This document shows, piece after piece, positions 30,101-38,951 of a stretch of DNA of 64,000 bases (its first letter is position 1; the number at the start of each line of letters is the position of its first letter). This DNA is from Clostridia bacterium. Lineage in GTDB: Bacteria; Bacillota; Clostridia; Oscillospirales; CAG-272. Where the stretch lies: the NCBI GenBank assembly GCA_017453245.1, contig JAFTKM010000008.1, positions 19,017 to 83,016 on the forward strand. The letters are read 5' to 3'. The translations under genes were made by a program, and so were the position numbers. Below the pieces are notes generated by a model that ran no database searches, was not told the DNA's origin, and worked only from the letters and a program-made list of their open reading frames with translations.

Positions 30101-32384
30101 TTGCGAAAACCTTGACAACGTAATCTTCAACCCCATCGGTACAGAGGTCGGCGAGGGAGCATTCTCCTACTGCTCGACTCTTAACGCTACCGAGCACTTC
30201 AACAAGATTTACAGCATCGGCGATTACGCCTTTGCATACACCGACGTAAGAGAGGCTGACCTTGAGTGCGCGACTCTCGTCGGAGACTTCGCCTTCATCA
30301 AGGAGGAGATGACTCCCTTCGAGGTAACGCTCGGCAAGAATCTTGTGACTCTCGGTGACAACCCCTTCGCAAACTGTCAGATAGGTCCGTTCTACTCCAT
30401 CGTAGAGGAGACCTGGAACGGCGCGGTCGTTAAGACCGAATACGTATACACCTACGATATTAACGATCACGTTAAGATCATCAACGGCTCTATCTACTGC
30501 GTAGTGCCCGACGGACTTGAGCTCACCACCTACGTGGGACTCGACAAGGACGGCAAGAGCCTTGACAAGGATAACGTCAAGCTCGACGAGAGCACCGTGA
30601 GAATCACCGCTATGGCGTTTATGGGTGCGGATATAACGAGAGTTACCCTTCCTCACTCGCTCCGCTCTATCGGTCACAAGGCATTCTATCAGTGCGGAAA
30701 TCTCTCGCTCGTTGTATTCGAGAGCTATGAGGCTCCCGTGCTCGAGGAGGAGTTTGACCAGGCGCTTTACGACGCATTCCTCAATATCCCCTGCAAGGGT
30801 GAATACGACTTCACCTACTGGGAGGATCAGGACGGCGACGGCAAGCTCGACTCTCAGACTCCCGTTACCTACAAGGGCCTTGAGATCATTCCCTACTACA
30901 TGTGGAATATTTCCTCCACTAAGTACAACAACATCTTCTACGGCGCAAGCTTCGTTGACCATATCGGTTACGTAAACGATGCGAACCGTAACTACGCCAA
31001 CATGGGCAACCTCATTATGGTGGCTCCCTCCAACGGCGTATACTACGATACCTTCATTCTTGACCAGTACTTCAGCTCTATTATCTCGGGCGCGGTTGCG
31101 GCAGACGACGTAACTCTCGCGGCTATCGCGGCTATCAACGCTCTGCCCGACAGAGTAACGCTTGATGACGAGCCTCTCGTTATCGCGGCAAGAGCGGCGT
31201 ATAACAAGATCAGCAGCGCCGAGCAGCAGGCTCTCGTCACAGAACAGCTCCAGAAGCTCGTTACCGCAGAGAATCTTATCAAGGCGTACAGGAATACGGG
31301 AAGCGAGGAGCCTCCGGTAGTTGACGACGACCAGACCGTCACCAAGGATCCCACCAAGACCGCGCTTATCGTTCTTTCCGTGATCGAAGCGGTTGAGATC
31401 ATTGGCATTGCGGCCGCAGTTATCGTATGGTTCTATATCAAGCGCAGAAGAAAAATGCGCGAAAATCTCGCGCTCCGCGGCGGACTCACCACGGTGACTG
31501 TAAAGAAGCCCGTGGCTGAAGAGACCGTAAAGGAAGAAACCGCCGAGGAAATGGCAGAAAGACTCAAGGAGCACGAAAGACGCGCTGAAGAGGCTAACGC
31601 CAAGCACGAGAGAAACAGAAGGATAAAGAACATCGTTATCTACGTTCTTCTCTTTGCTATCTGTATTGCGGGTGTGGCGTTTGTAATGACGAAGTGCAGT
31701 AAGGATACCTCTCCTTACGCCGGCTACGGCGACGAGGGATACAGCGTCAGCATCAAGTATGACGCAAACGGCGGTATCTTCACCACCAACACCTCCGTGC
31801 TCGTGGATACTTACAGCTTAAACGATCTTCCCTCCTCCGAGGACGGAAGTAAGCTAATCACTCTCCTTGACCCGAACAGCCCCGCAAGAGGCAATCAGGC
31901 ATATCTGGCGGCCAAGGTCGGCTACCACCTCGCAGGCTGGTACACCGAAAGAACCGCAGTTACCGACGAGGCGGGAGAGGTTATCGGCTACACCTATTCG
32001 GGCAAATGGGACTTTGAGAATTCAAGGTACGCTATCAGCCCCGACGCAAATTATAACCCCGCAAGACCTATTCTCACCCTTTATGCGGCGTGGGTGCCCT
32101 CGTTCAGCTGTGAGTTCTATTCGGTTGATGAAAGCGGCGCGCTCACTCTTATTGACACTAAGGAAATAAATCCCGTGGAGGGCGCAAGAATCACCCTTCC
32201 CACGTACGACGAGGAGGCGGGAGCCTTTGAGATCGACGGAATACTCTACGATCTCTACTACACCGAATCCTGCACCGGCGAAAAAATCAGCGGCGAATCT
32301 GTATCCCATAGCGGCTTCTTCAATTCGGCAAACGCGACGGTTGAAAACCCCGTTATGAAGATATACTGCAAGCCCGTAGGCTAA
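24105..32384 (+). CDS. Giant cell-surface protein: signal peptide, subtilisin S8 peptidase with PA insert (lactocepin/C5a-peptidase-like), Ig-like domains, long BspA-type leucine-rich-repeat region, TM hairpin, C-terminal Listeria-Bacteroides (Flg_new) repeat domain
   Basis: Signal MKKKSFTRVSSRILMALLAVAMVFTFAASTLG. Catalytic motifs VAVLDTGLD (D codon 24753), NNHGTHVSG, SGTSMACP (S codon 25941). LRR units such as IGDYAFANNRSLKSVTFPSTLSSIGAYAF across ~28270-30700. TM1 at nt ~31363-31440 and TM2 at ~31633-31695. YDANGG...GYHLAGWYT...LYAAW at the C-terminus. The start could instead be 24072. Confidence 0.85.
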   Translation: MKKKSFTRVSSRILMALLAVAMVFTFAASTLGTTVAADGGVFKKNDSIYTDYKSYLDGSVVQALPATVDKNETISVIVKLDTPTLMDAYNKTDKAMSFGEYVMTEEAQKIKADIQAEKEEYLIALTRSGIPYEVGCDYANILAGFEVLYTAKNFENACKYLPTDATAIIGEVYKVAETQLVENKIDVYEETGIFDSSDFTINGEKYSGSGMVVAVLDTGLDYTHPAFDPARLNSNRLGLTKSEVESHVANTVAASRVPGLTADDVYINEKVPFAFDYADNDSDVYSLHNNHGTHVSGVIVGHDDTIIGVAPDAQLVSMKIFSDVQDSARASWILAALEDCVELGVDVINMSLGTACGFSRETDEEQMSGVYDDIRALGISLVVAASNSFNSAYGSEKNGNLGLTSNPDTSTVGSPSTYDGALSVASINGVKTPYILDSKGTIIYFVESSDSAGEEKNFFTELLGSELSETELEYVLIPGVGNPSDYDGIDVMGKIALVRRGSNTFEEKAKAAEAAGAKALIVYNNTSGDIRMNVGIVSIPVCSVSQDDGEMLAAAKNGTLKISKSQTSGPFMSDFSSWGPSPSLQIKPEITAHGGNILSAVTGHGYDRLSGTSMACPNMAGAIALMRQYVITNFESKIKNESGVIDYVEVNSIVNRLLMSTADIVNNKNGLPYAVRKQGAGLANLGDAITTGAYILTYDRLDGSVMDKSKIELGDDPNKTGVYTLKFTIDNFGKSALSYDISANVMTEGVSETPTYQGETVVSEEGYLLSGARVEITSTKGGAISGNTVTVEAGARCDVVITVTLGEDDKAYLDFSFENGMYIEGFVTLTAKDEGSTDLNVPYLAFYGNWYQAPLFDLDYFETNADELDDSLATLDKTLPDAYATRPIGGISGDYVSYLGSYYFLQNPKNKIISASRDYIALSNNDGTIRSLRFVWGGMLRNSERIVITITDDATGEVIFEKVETSIRKSYGDGGSYIYPANIEIEFDTADYNLKNNATYTVKLQGYLDYDDGTGENKTPDENLKSTFEFPLTVDFEAPSLTDCEFYTEYDKDAKKTRLYAKMAVYDNHYAMGMQIGYVGVGNYVDESTGEMVEGNMLYPFETYMTPIYSERNGTTYVTYELTDYIYDIKQNSYNKNTFAVSFYDYAINEATYEIELPDDFAELYLEESEITLNPNEVYTITANVYPESEWDELLEFSASGNAVRIVNNKIVAVKPGKSSVFIYDPKTNKEVTMTVTVRAPGDEGYKEVTKPVADVFKLTGYDTLNAFYFLSNDDRDIGETGDVVLFNGENYSLSFYPSESVKINYKLDAYFPDATTVEFISSNESIVTVDQSGTIVALDEGYTSITVRVLQDGKATYTTKTISIEVKDPYVRTGPTLNNYFGAGHMNSGNVEIPADMLFTQIGQYAFSNSTYIDKTEEQILEDPESKDATIITYIGNDDIKRVVIPEGVETIGAYAFANLTALEEVVLPSTLEAIEYGAFFNCISLKTVKGLEHVKLINQNAFANCNISNDLSLDSIHAIGDYAFANNRSLKSVTFPSTLSSIGAYAFMSNTSLENFDVSECGTVKYGPYVFMNCRSLETITMNTSVIPSGAFYNCVDLTTVNIGSTVSYIGEYAFTGTAVTEFTVADGNTAYKPSANKNYLLSPDGTTLLLVAPGVKGDFTLEGVTEIGIGAFAGNSDITSVNMPDVTVVNDYAFAECKSLTDVTLGSLAAVGKYSFFLTSITELPSLEGVDVIGDYAFSFTLITEVTIGDGKVIGEGAFCECTELKKVTIGNDVLIGKSAFLRGTTTDDPRNPGSYLNLGQKAVEDIESGFYRYDYLSKLTSLTIGKNADIGEAAFMGASYLTKVTLGEGAIIGKMAFYNCRALYEIDLSGAKRIGNMAFSGDNTYAFIDALGSDYAVRDNAYVLVYFNPIITSVDLSSCEVIEDQAFIHCKKLTTVKLGEKLTDIPYMAFANCDSLTTVNLENVVTLGYAAFGETDLVSANLYRAEKIGDYAFTYCENLDNVIFNPIGTEVGEGAFSYCSTLNATEHFNKIYSIGDYAFAYTDVREADLECATLVGDFAFIKEEMTPFEVTLGKNLVTLGDNPFANCQIGPFYSIVEETWNGAVVKTEYVYTYDINDHVKIINGSIYCVVPDGLELTTYVGLDKDGKSLDKDNVKLDESTVRITAMAFMGADITRVTLPHSLRSIGHKAFYQCGNLSLVVFESYEAPVLEEEFDQALYDAFLNIPCKGEYDFTYWEDQDGDGKLDSQTPVTYKGLEIIPYYMWNISSTKYNNIFYGASFVDHIGYVNDANRNYANMGNLIMVAPSNGVYYDTFILDQYFSSIISGAVAADDVTLAAIAAINALPDRVTLDDEPLVIAARAAYNKISSAEQQALVTEQLQKLVTAENLIKAYRNTGSEEPPVVDDDQTVTKDPTKTALIVLSVIEAVEIIGIAAAVIVWFYIKRRRKMRENLALRGGLTTVTVKKPVAEETVKEETAEEMAERLKEHERRAEEANAKHERNRRIKNIVIYVLLFAICIAGVAFVMTKCSKDTSPYAGYGDEGYSVSIKYDANGGIFTTNTSVLVDTYSLNDLPSSEDGSKLITLLDPNSPARGNQAYLAAKVGYHLAGWYTERTAVTDEAGEVIGYTYSGKWDFENSRYAISPDANYNPARPILTLYAAWVPSFSCEFYSVDESGALTLIDTKEINPVEGARITLPTYDEEAGAFEIDGILYDLYYTESCTGEKISGESVSHSGFFNSANATVENPVMKIYCKPVG

Positions 32385-32397
32385 GAAAGGAGAAAGC

Positions 32398-35337
32398 ATG
32401 AAAAAAAGAATAATATCTATGCTCTTGTGCGTGGTAATGTGCTTCTCCGCATCGGTGACGCTCACGGGCTGCGCGGCCGGTAACTCCGGTACGGACGCTT
32501 TCGTTATAATGACGGAAAGCCTCGACGGACTCTTCAATCCGTTCTTCTCCACGTCGGCAAACGACGGTACTATCGTATCAATGACTCAGATCGGTATGCT
32601 CTCCTCTAAGCTTAACGAGGCGGGAGAGGTTGACGTGGCCTTCGGCGAAAACGAGGCCACGGTAACCCTCGACTTCGAGCAGAGCGAGCTTAACGAGAAT
32701 AACGAAACCGTCTACACCTTCGTTCTTAAGAACGGCATCAAGTATTCGGACGGACACCCTCTTACTATGGAGGACGTGCTCTTCAATCTCTACGTTTACC
32801 TCGACCCCGTATATACCGGCTCGGCTACCATCTACTCGACTGATATCAAGGGTCTGGCGGCGTACAGAAACCAGTCTCTCGGAGCTGACAGCGACAACAA
32901 CAGCGAGGACACCATCAACCAGACTGCGGCGAGCAGAGCCTCGCAGAGAGTGATGACACTCGTACAGCTCTATTGGGACACCAACAAGAAGATCAACGGC
33001 TCGAGCGCATCGACCAACAACGTAACCTACCAGCAGATGGTCGAGGCTATCAAGGCCTACAACATCCAGGCAGACCTCGGTTATCTCTCGGCGGTGGCAA
33101 CCTCCGACAAGCACTCGGAGATAACCTATCAGAATCTCCTTAACGACTATGAGCTCGCTCTTACGTACTTCCGCGAGGAGCTCGAGAGCGACTACAAGAA
33201 CGCGAAGGACGCCTACACCGAGTCTCCCTACAAGGAGCACGAGGAGTTCAAGGACGAGGTCTTCTGCTTCATGTTCACCGAGGGCTTCATTACTCCCGAG
33301 TATGAGAAGATCCCCGGCACAAACAAGGACGATAAGTCCAAAATTAAAGGTTTTGTTTACAATTACAACAATGAAACGATAACAACGAAGGAAGCGGCTA
33401 TCGAGAAGGTATACAACGATACCGTAACTCAGAGCCTCGACGCGATCCTCCTTTACTGGGCGACCGCATCCAAGCTCAACACCGAATTCACCGCTAAGGC
33501 GAAGGAGGTCATCCTCCGTGAGAGCGCGATCGGAGGTCTTATCGTTCCCAACATTGAGGGTATCGTATCCCTCGGTCACACCACCGGCATTGAGAGTGTC
33601 ACCGTCAACGGCACCGACTACAAGGTTGCTCACGACCACGACGAGAACGGCGCTCCCGTGAACGAGGATGAGTACGACGTGCTCAGAATCACCATCAACG
33701 GCGTCGACCCCAAGGCAATATGGAACTTTGCCTTCTCGGTTGCTCCCCAGCACTATTACGGCAAGGGCAGCGCGGTCGGCGTGGATATTGCAAACAACCA
33801 GTTCGGCGTGGAGTTCTCCTCCTTTGACTACATGAGAGACGTGCTCCAGACTCCCGACAACAACAAGCTGCCTATGGGCGCGGGCGCGTACAAGGTTACC
33901 GACCGTTCCGGCAGCGATAACCCCGACAGAAACGATTTCTTCAGCAACAACATCGTTTACTTCAAGGCGAACAACTACTTCGAGACCGTTGGCGAGGGCA
34001 TCAGCAATCCCAAGATCGAGAAGGTACGTTATCAGGTAATCAGCGCATCCAACGCTCTTGCGGCGCTCGAGGAAGGAAGCGTACACTACATCACACCTCA
34101 GTATTCCAAGGATAACTACACCAAGATCGCGGAGCTTGAGAAGAAGAACTTCGAGAGCCTCTTAACCGATCAGCTCGGTTACGGTTACATCGGTATCAAC
34201 GCATCCAAGGTAACCGACATCAATATCCGTAAGGCGATCATGGCGGCGATGAACACTACCCTCGCTCTTGACTACTACGCGAGCGGTACTGCATCGCAGA
34301 TCTACTGGCCGATGTCCAAGGTCTCCTGGGCTTATCCCAAGGGTTCGGGTGACAACATCACCAACGACAAGGGCTATCCTCAGCCCGGCGGAACCTTCAA
34401 CGAGGCTGATGCCGAGGCGGCAATACAGAGCTATATGCAGGCGGCGGGCGTGAGCGCAGGCCATCCGAGTCTCTCGGTCACCTTCACCATCGCGGGCTCC
34501 AACCTCAACGATCACCCCACCTACAAGACCTTCAGAGACGCGGCAGACCTGCTCAACAGACTCGGCTGGGACGTAACCGTCGAGCCCGATACTCAGGCTC
34601 TCACCAAGCTCGCGACAGGTTCTCTCGAGGTATGGGCGGCGGCTTGGGGCTCGACCATCGACCCCGACCTTTATCAGGTATATCACAAGAACTCTACCGC
34701 GACCTCCACTCTCGCCTGGGGCTACCCCCACATAAAGGCGGCGGGCAGCGAGGAGGAGAAAAACATTCTCAACGACCTCTCCGATAAGATCGAGGCGGCA
34801 CGTGAGACAACCGACAGAGGTACCCGTTCCGCTCTCTACAAGGAGGCTATGGGTCTTATCCTCGACCTCGCGATCGAGCTTCCCGTATACCAGCGTTCCA
34901 CCGTATACGTATACAATACCGACGTTATCAATCCCGACTCCGTACCCGACGTTGTCAACCCCTACTCCTCTCCCCTTGACAGAATATGGGAGCTTGAGTT
35001 CAACGAGGGCGCGTTTGCCGGTAAGAGCACGGTAGACGTAGGCCTTATCTTCGCTATTATCGCTTCCGTTATGGCGATTGCGGCAGTTGTGCTTACTATT
35101 GTTTACATAACAAAGAAGAAAAACGAAAAATCACCTATGCTTGCTTACGCTGTTACTCTCTCCGATATAGAAGCAGGAAACGTCAGACTCCCCGGTCAGC
35201 CTAAGCAAAAAAAGCAAAAGGCGGCCTCGCCTGCCATATGCGCAGATGACGCGCAGGCAGAGGAGACGGCGCCCGAGCAAGCAGAACAAACCAATGAAAA
35301 TGAAAGTGACACTGAGAAAGGAGAAGAAGAATGTTAA
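32398..35337 (+). CDS. ABC transporter substrate-binding lipoprotein, family 5 (Opp/Dpp-type), enlarged to 979 aa with a C-terminal TM helix and acidic tail
   Basis: Lipobox SASVTLTGCAAG and an SBP_bac_5-like core (YSDGHPLTMEDVLFN...). C-terminal VGLIFAIIASVMAIAAVVLTIVYITKKK (nt ~35040-35125), then an E/Q-rich tail. Confidence 0.8.
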   Translation: MKKRIISMLLCVVMCFSASVTLTGCAAGNSGTDAFVIMTESLDGLFNPFFSTSANDGTIVSMTQIGMLSSKLNEAGEVDVAFGENEATVTLDFEQSELNENNETVYTFVLKNGIKYSDGHPLTMEDVLFNLYVYLDPVYTGSATIYSTDIKGLAAYRNQSLGADSDNNSEDTINQTAASRASQRVMTLVQLYWDTNKKINGSSASTNNVTYQQMVEAIKAYNIQADLGYLSAVATSDKHSEITYQNLLNDYELALTYFREELESDYKNAKDAYTESPYKEHEEFKDEVFCFMFTEGFITPEYEKIPGTNKDDKSKIKGFVYNYNNETITTKEAAIEKVYNDTVTQSLDAILLYWATASKLNTEFTAKAKEVILRESAIGGLIVPNIEGIVSLGHTTGIESVTVNGTDYKVAHDHDENGAPVNEDEYDVLRITINGVDPKAIWNFAFSVAPQHYYGKGSAVGVDIANNQFGVEFSSFDYMRDVLQTPDNNKLPMGAGAYKVTDRSGSDNPDRNDFFSNNIVYFKANNYFETVGEGISNPKIEKVRYQVISASNALAALEEGSVHYITPQYSKDNYTKIAELEKKNFESLLTDQLGYGYIGINASKVTDINIRKAIMAAMNTTLALDYYASGTASQIYWPMSKVSWAYPKGSGDNITNDKGYPQPGGTFNEADAEAAIQSYMQAAGVSAGHPSLSVTFTIAGSNLNDHPTYKTFRDAADLLNRLGWDVTVEPDTQALTKLATGSLEVWAAAWGSTIDPDLYQVYHKNSTATSTLAWGYPHIKAAGSEEEKNILNDLSDKIEAARETTDRGTRSALYKEAMGLILDLAIELPVYQRSTVYVYNTDVINPDSVPDVVNPYSSPLDRIWELEFNEGAFAGKSTVDVGLIFAIIASVMAIAAVVLTIVYITKKKNEKSPMLAYAVTLSDIEAGNVRLPGQPKQKKQKAASPAICADDAQAEETAPEQAEQTNENESDTEKGEEEC

Positions 35338-36320
35338 AGTACATACTTAAAAGAATCGGACTTGCCATACTTATTCTCATCGGCGTGTCCCTCATCATCT
35401 ACTTCCTTATCAGACTTATGCCCGTTGACTTCATTCAGAATAAGGTCAACGCGATGAACCAGTCCAACACAGTACCCGCGGATGCGGTTGAGAAGCTGTA
35501 TGAAATGTACGGACTTGACAACAGCGGATTTAAGGGTATCGTAAAGGGCTATTTCAATTGGCTTGGCGCACTCGCTAAGCTTGATCTCGGTAAGAGCTTT
35601 GTTGACTACGCTCCCGTAGCAGAGGTCATCGCAAAGAATATGGGTATATCCTTCGCAGTTGCTCTTATCGCTACCATCTTTGAGTTCATGATCGCGATCC
35701 CTCTCGGTATCACGGCGGCGACTCATCAGTATTCCTTCCGCGACTATCTGGTAACCGTACTTGCAATGATCGGTATTTCCCTGCCCTCATTCTTCTTCGG
35801 CCAGATGTTAAAGAACGTATTCGCCCTCCAGCTCGGATGGTTCCCGAGCCAGGGTACACTTTCGGGTGCGGGCTCGGCAACCGGTCTTGCGCTCATCCCC
35901 GACTACTTAGCTCATATGTTCCTTCCCATTCTCACCGTTGTAATACTCAGTATCGGTCCGAGAATGAGAATGACCAGAACGAATATGCTCGAGGTTATGA
36001 ACTCCGACTATATCCGTACCGCAAGAGCAAAGGGTCTTACCGAAACCAAGGTTATCTACAAGCACGCATTCCGTAACACGCTCATTCCTCTCGTTACTAC
36101 CCTCGCAGGTCTTCTTCCCTCGCTCTTCTCGGGTGCTATCATCACAGAGCAGGTATTCGGCCTCGACGGTATCGGTAACATAGCGCTCAACAGAATGATG
36201 CAGGGTGATATCCCCTTCATCATGGGCTACAATATGTTCCTCGCTATGCTTTCCGTGCTCGGCGTGCTTCTCTCCGACCTTATGTACGTTATCGTTGACC
36301 CGAGAGTCAAGCTTGATTAA
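35331..36320 (+). CDS. ABC transporter permease (OppB/DppB-like)
   Basis: MLKYILKRIGLAILILIGVSLIIYFL. The EAA-loop region reads SDYIRTARAKGLTETKVIYKHAFRN. Confidence 0.9.
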   Translation: MLKYILKRIGLAILILIGVSLIIYFLIRLMPVDFIQNKVNAMNQSNTVPADAVEKLYEMYGLDNSGFKGIVKGYFNWLGALAKLDLGKSFVDYAPVAEVIAKNMGISFAVALIATIFEFMIAIPLGITAATHQYSFRDYLVTVLAMIGISLPSFFFGQMLKNVFALQLGWFPSQGTLSGAGSATGLALIPDYLAHMFLPILTVVILSIGPRMRMTRTNMLEVMNSDYIRTARAKGLTETKVIYKHAFRNTLIPLVTTLAGLLPSLFSGAIITEQVFGLDGIGNIALNRMMQGDIPFIMGYNMFLAMLSVLGVLLSDLMYVIVDPRVKLD

Positions 36321-36329
36321 GGAGGACTT

Positions 36330-37571
36330 ATGGAAGAAAAGAATATTCTTACAAATGAAAACGAAGTTCTCCTTGACACCGCTCCCGAGGTAGAAAGCGC
36401 CGAGGCAGTCGTTGATACTGCCGAGGCTACCGTGACTGCAGAAATTGCAGACGAGTCTTGCGAAACGGTCGAAAAAGAGACCGCAGAGTCGGCAGAGGCT
36501 GTGTATGAAGCGGCAGAGAGCGAGACCGAAGCAGCAGAGTCGGAAATCGCTGACGCAGAGACCGAGGACACCGAGGTGCCCCTTGACAGAAACGTCAAGC
36601 TTATGTCTCCCATGCAGATGGTCATCCGCCGTTTCTTCCGCTCCAAGCTCTCTATCGTAGGTCTTGTTATGATAGTATCCCTCTTCCTCTTCAGCTTTGT
36701 CGGTCCTCTCGTTTACACGAGATGGGGCGAGATAGAGCTTGACGAGTCGGGTACGGTATCATACACCACTCAGGAGATAGAGGTCGTCGGCGAGGACGGC
36801 ACCGTAACAATAATCAAGCAGACTGTCGAAAGACAGGAGAAGGATAACTACCTTGCTCCCCCCTCCAAGGATCACCTCCTCGGCACCGACGAGCAGGGCT
36901 ACGACGTATTCACAAGACTTATGTACGGCGGACGAATCTCGCTGTCCGTAAGCTTTATCGCGGTGCTTGTTATCACCGTACTCGGCGTTATACTCGGCGG
37001 TATCGCGGGATACTTCCGCGGCTTTGTCGACAATCTCATAATGAGAATATGCGACGTGCTTATGTGTCTGCCCGGTATTCCCATCCTTCTTATCATCAGT
37101 ACGCTTCTTGAGGCGGCAGAGGTTGACGCTAAGTACAGAATATACTGGCTTATGGTCTACCTTACCCTCTTCTCCTGGCCCGGCACCGCGCGTCTTGTAC
37201 GCGGACAGATACTCTCTCTGCGTGAGCAGGAGTATATGGTGGCTGCGGAGGCGATGGGTTACTCCACCGGAAGAAAGATCTTCAAGCACCTCGTTCCCAA
37301 CGTTATGCCCCAGCTCATCGTACAGATGACTCTCAGCCTTGGCAGTATGATACTCTACGAGGCTACCCTTTCCTACCTCAACATGGGTGTTAAGGCGCCC
37401 TATGCGGCTTGGGGTACTATGATCAACATCATTTCCACCAATACCGATATCCTCCAGAACAACTTCAACGTCTGGGGTGCTCCCGGTATTTGTATAGTAA
37501 TCGCGGTTTTGGGCTTCAACTTTGTCGGAGACGGTCTCAGAGACGCCCTCGACCCGAAGAGCAGGAGGTAA
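36330..37571 (+). CDS. ABC transporter permease (OppC/DppC-like) with an ~85-aa acidic N-terminal extension
   Basis: E/A/T-rich low-complexity N-terminus, then DHLLGTDEQGYDVFTRLMYGGR and EYMVAAEAMGYSTGRKIFKHLVPN. Confidence 0.9.
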   Translation: MEEKNILTNENEVLLDTAPEVESAEAVVDTAEATVTAEIADESCETVEKETAESAEAVYEAAESETEAAESEIADAETEDTEVPLDRNVKLMSPMQMVIRRFFRSKLSIVGLVMIVSLFLFSFVGPLVYTRWGEIELDESGTVSYTTQEIEVVGEDGTVTIIKQTVERQEKDNYLAPPSKDHLLGTDEQGYDVFTRLMYGGRISLSVSFIAVLVITVLGVILGGIAGYFRGFVDNLIMRICDVLMCLPGIPILLIISTLLEAAEVDAKYRIYWLMVYLTLFSWPGTARLVRGQILSLREQEYMVAAEAMGYSTGRKIFKHLVPNVMPQLIVQMTLSLGSMILYEATLSYLNMGVKAPYAAWGTMINIISTNTDILQNNFNVWGAPGICIVIAVLGFNFVGDGLRDALDPKSRR

Positions 37572-37574
37572 TCT

Positions 37575-38951
37575 ATGAGCCTTGTTGATAAGAATAAGAA
37601 CATAGCGGGCAAGACCGGCAAAAGCACCGCCAAGTCCAAGAATTACCTCACAGGTAAGGAGATCCGCGCGATAGCAAAGGAAAACTCCAAGATAATGTTC
37701 AGACTCGAGAAGTACAAGTACCGCAAGGCGGAGGAGTCTGAATTTACCACAAAGATGAAGGACGACGCTAACATCCTCGAGATCGAGGACCTCAACACAT
37801 ACTTCTTCACCGATCAGGGTGTAGTCAAGGCGGTAAACGGCGTTTCCTTCAATATTCCAAAGAACACCACCGTCGGTATCGTAGGCGAGTCCGGATGCGG
37901 TAAGTCGGTAACGAGTATGTCCGTAATGAGACTCCTTCAGGGACCTCAGGGACAGATCTACTCCGGCAGCATCCGCTTCAAGGCGTACGACTACAAGCGT
38001 GACGAAAAGGGCAACCCTATCCCCAAGCTTGTGACCGACGAGAATGGCGACTATATCTACACCGAGCTCCTTGACAAGAAGGGCCGGGTGAAGATGAACA
38101 GACGCGGCGAGGCTCTCTACGTGCCGATGCAGGAGCACGACGAAAAGGGCCGCCCCGTCTATGAGACCGAGGAAAAGGTCTACGATATCGCAAAGATGCC
38201 TATGAGAGAGATCCACCGCATCAGAGGAAAGCAGATCGCAATGATCTTCCAGGAGCCTATGACCTCTCTTAACCCCATCTTTACCATCGGCGAGCAGCTC
38301 GACGAGGTAACCTTTATCCACACTCCCGGCGCGACGAAGGAAATGGCGAAGGCACGCTCGCTTGAGATGCTTGAGCTCGTTGGTATCGCGATGCCCGAGA
38401 GAGTGTACAAGTCCTTCCCCCACGAGCTCTCGGGCGGTATGCGTCAGAGAGTAATGATCTCCATGGCGCTGGCGTGTGACCCAAGACTCATTATCGCAGA
38501 CGAGCCCACCACGGCTCTTGACGTTACCATCCAGGCGCAGATACTCGACCTTCTGCGCGACCTTAAGGACAGAATCGACGGCTCTATCATGCTTATTACC
38601 CACGACCTCGGTATCATCGCAGAGATGGCTGACTACGTGGTGGTAATGTATGCGGGACGTGTTATCGAGCAGGGTACGGTAAAGGAGATCTTCCACGATC
38701 CCAAGCACCCCTACACCATCGGCCTTCAGAAGTCCAAGCCCACTATGCGCTCGGGCAACGAGTCCGACACGCTCTTTAATATCCCCGGCAACGTGCCGAA
38801 CCCCGTAAATATGCCTAACCACTGCTTCTTCAAGGAAAGATGCTCGCAGTGTAAGGCAAAGTGCTCGGGTGACTATCCCTGTATGGTGCAGGTAAGCCCC
38901 ACGCACTACGTTGCATGTCACCTTTACACAGAGGAGGAGAACAATGGCTGA
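37575..38951 (+). CDS. ABC transporter ATP-binding protein (OppD-like) with a ~65-aa insertion between Walker A and the Q-loop
   Basis: [31 protein letters not shown] and a C-terminal oligo_HPY region. The insert is [72 protein letters not shown]. Confidence 0.9.
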   Translation: MSLVDKNKNIAGKTGKSTAKSKNYLTGKEIRAIAKENSKIMFRLEKYKYRKAEESEFTTKMKDDANILEIEDLNTYFFTDQGVVKAVNGVSFNIPKNTTVGIVGESGCGKSVTSMSVMRLLQGPQGQIYSGSIRFKAYDYKRDEKGNPIPKLVTDENGDYIYTELLDKKGRVKMNRRGEALYVPMQEHDEKGRPVYETEEKVYDIAKMPMREIHRIRGKQIAMIFQEPMTSLNPIFTIGEQLDEVTFIHTPGATKEMAKARSLEMLELVGIAMPERVYKSFPHELSGGMRQRVMISMALACDPRLIIADEPTTALDVTIQAQILDLLRDLKDRIDGSIMLITHDLGIIAEMADYVVVMYAGRVIEQGTVKEIFHDPKHPYTIGLQKSKPTMRSGNESDTLFNIPGNVPNPVNMPNHCFFKERCSQCKAKCSGDYPCMVQVSPTHYVACHLYTEEENNG

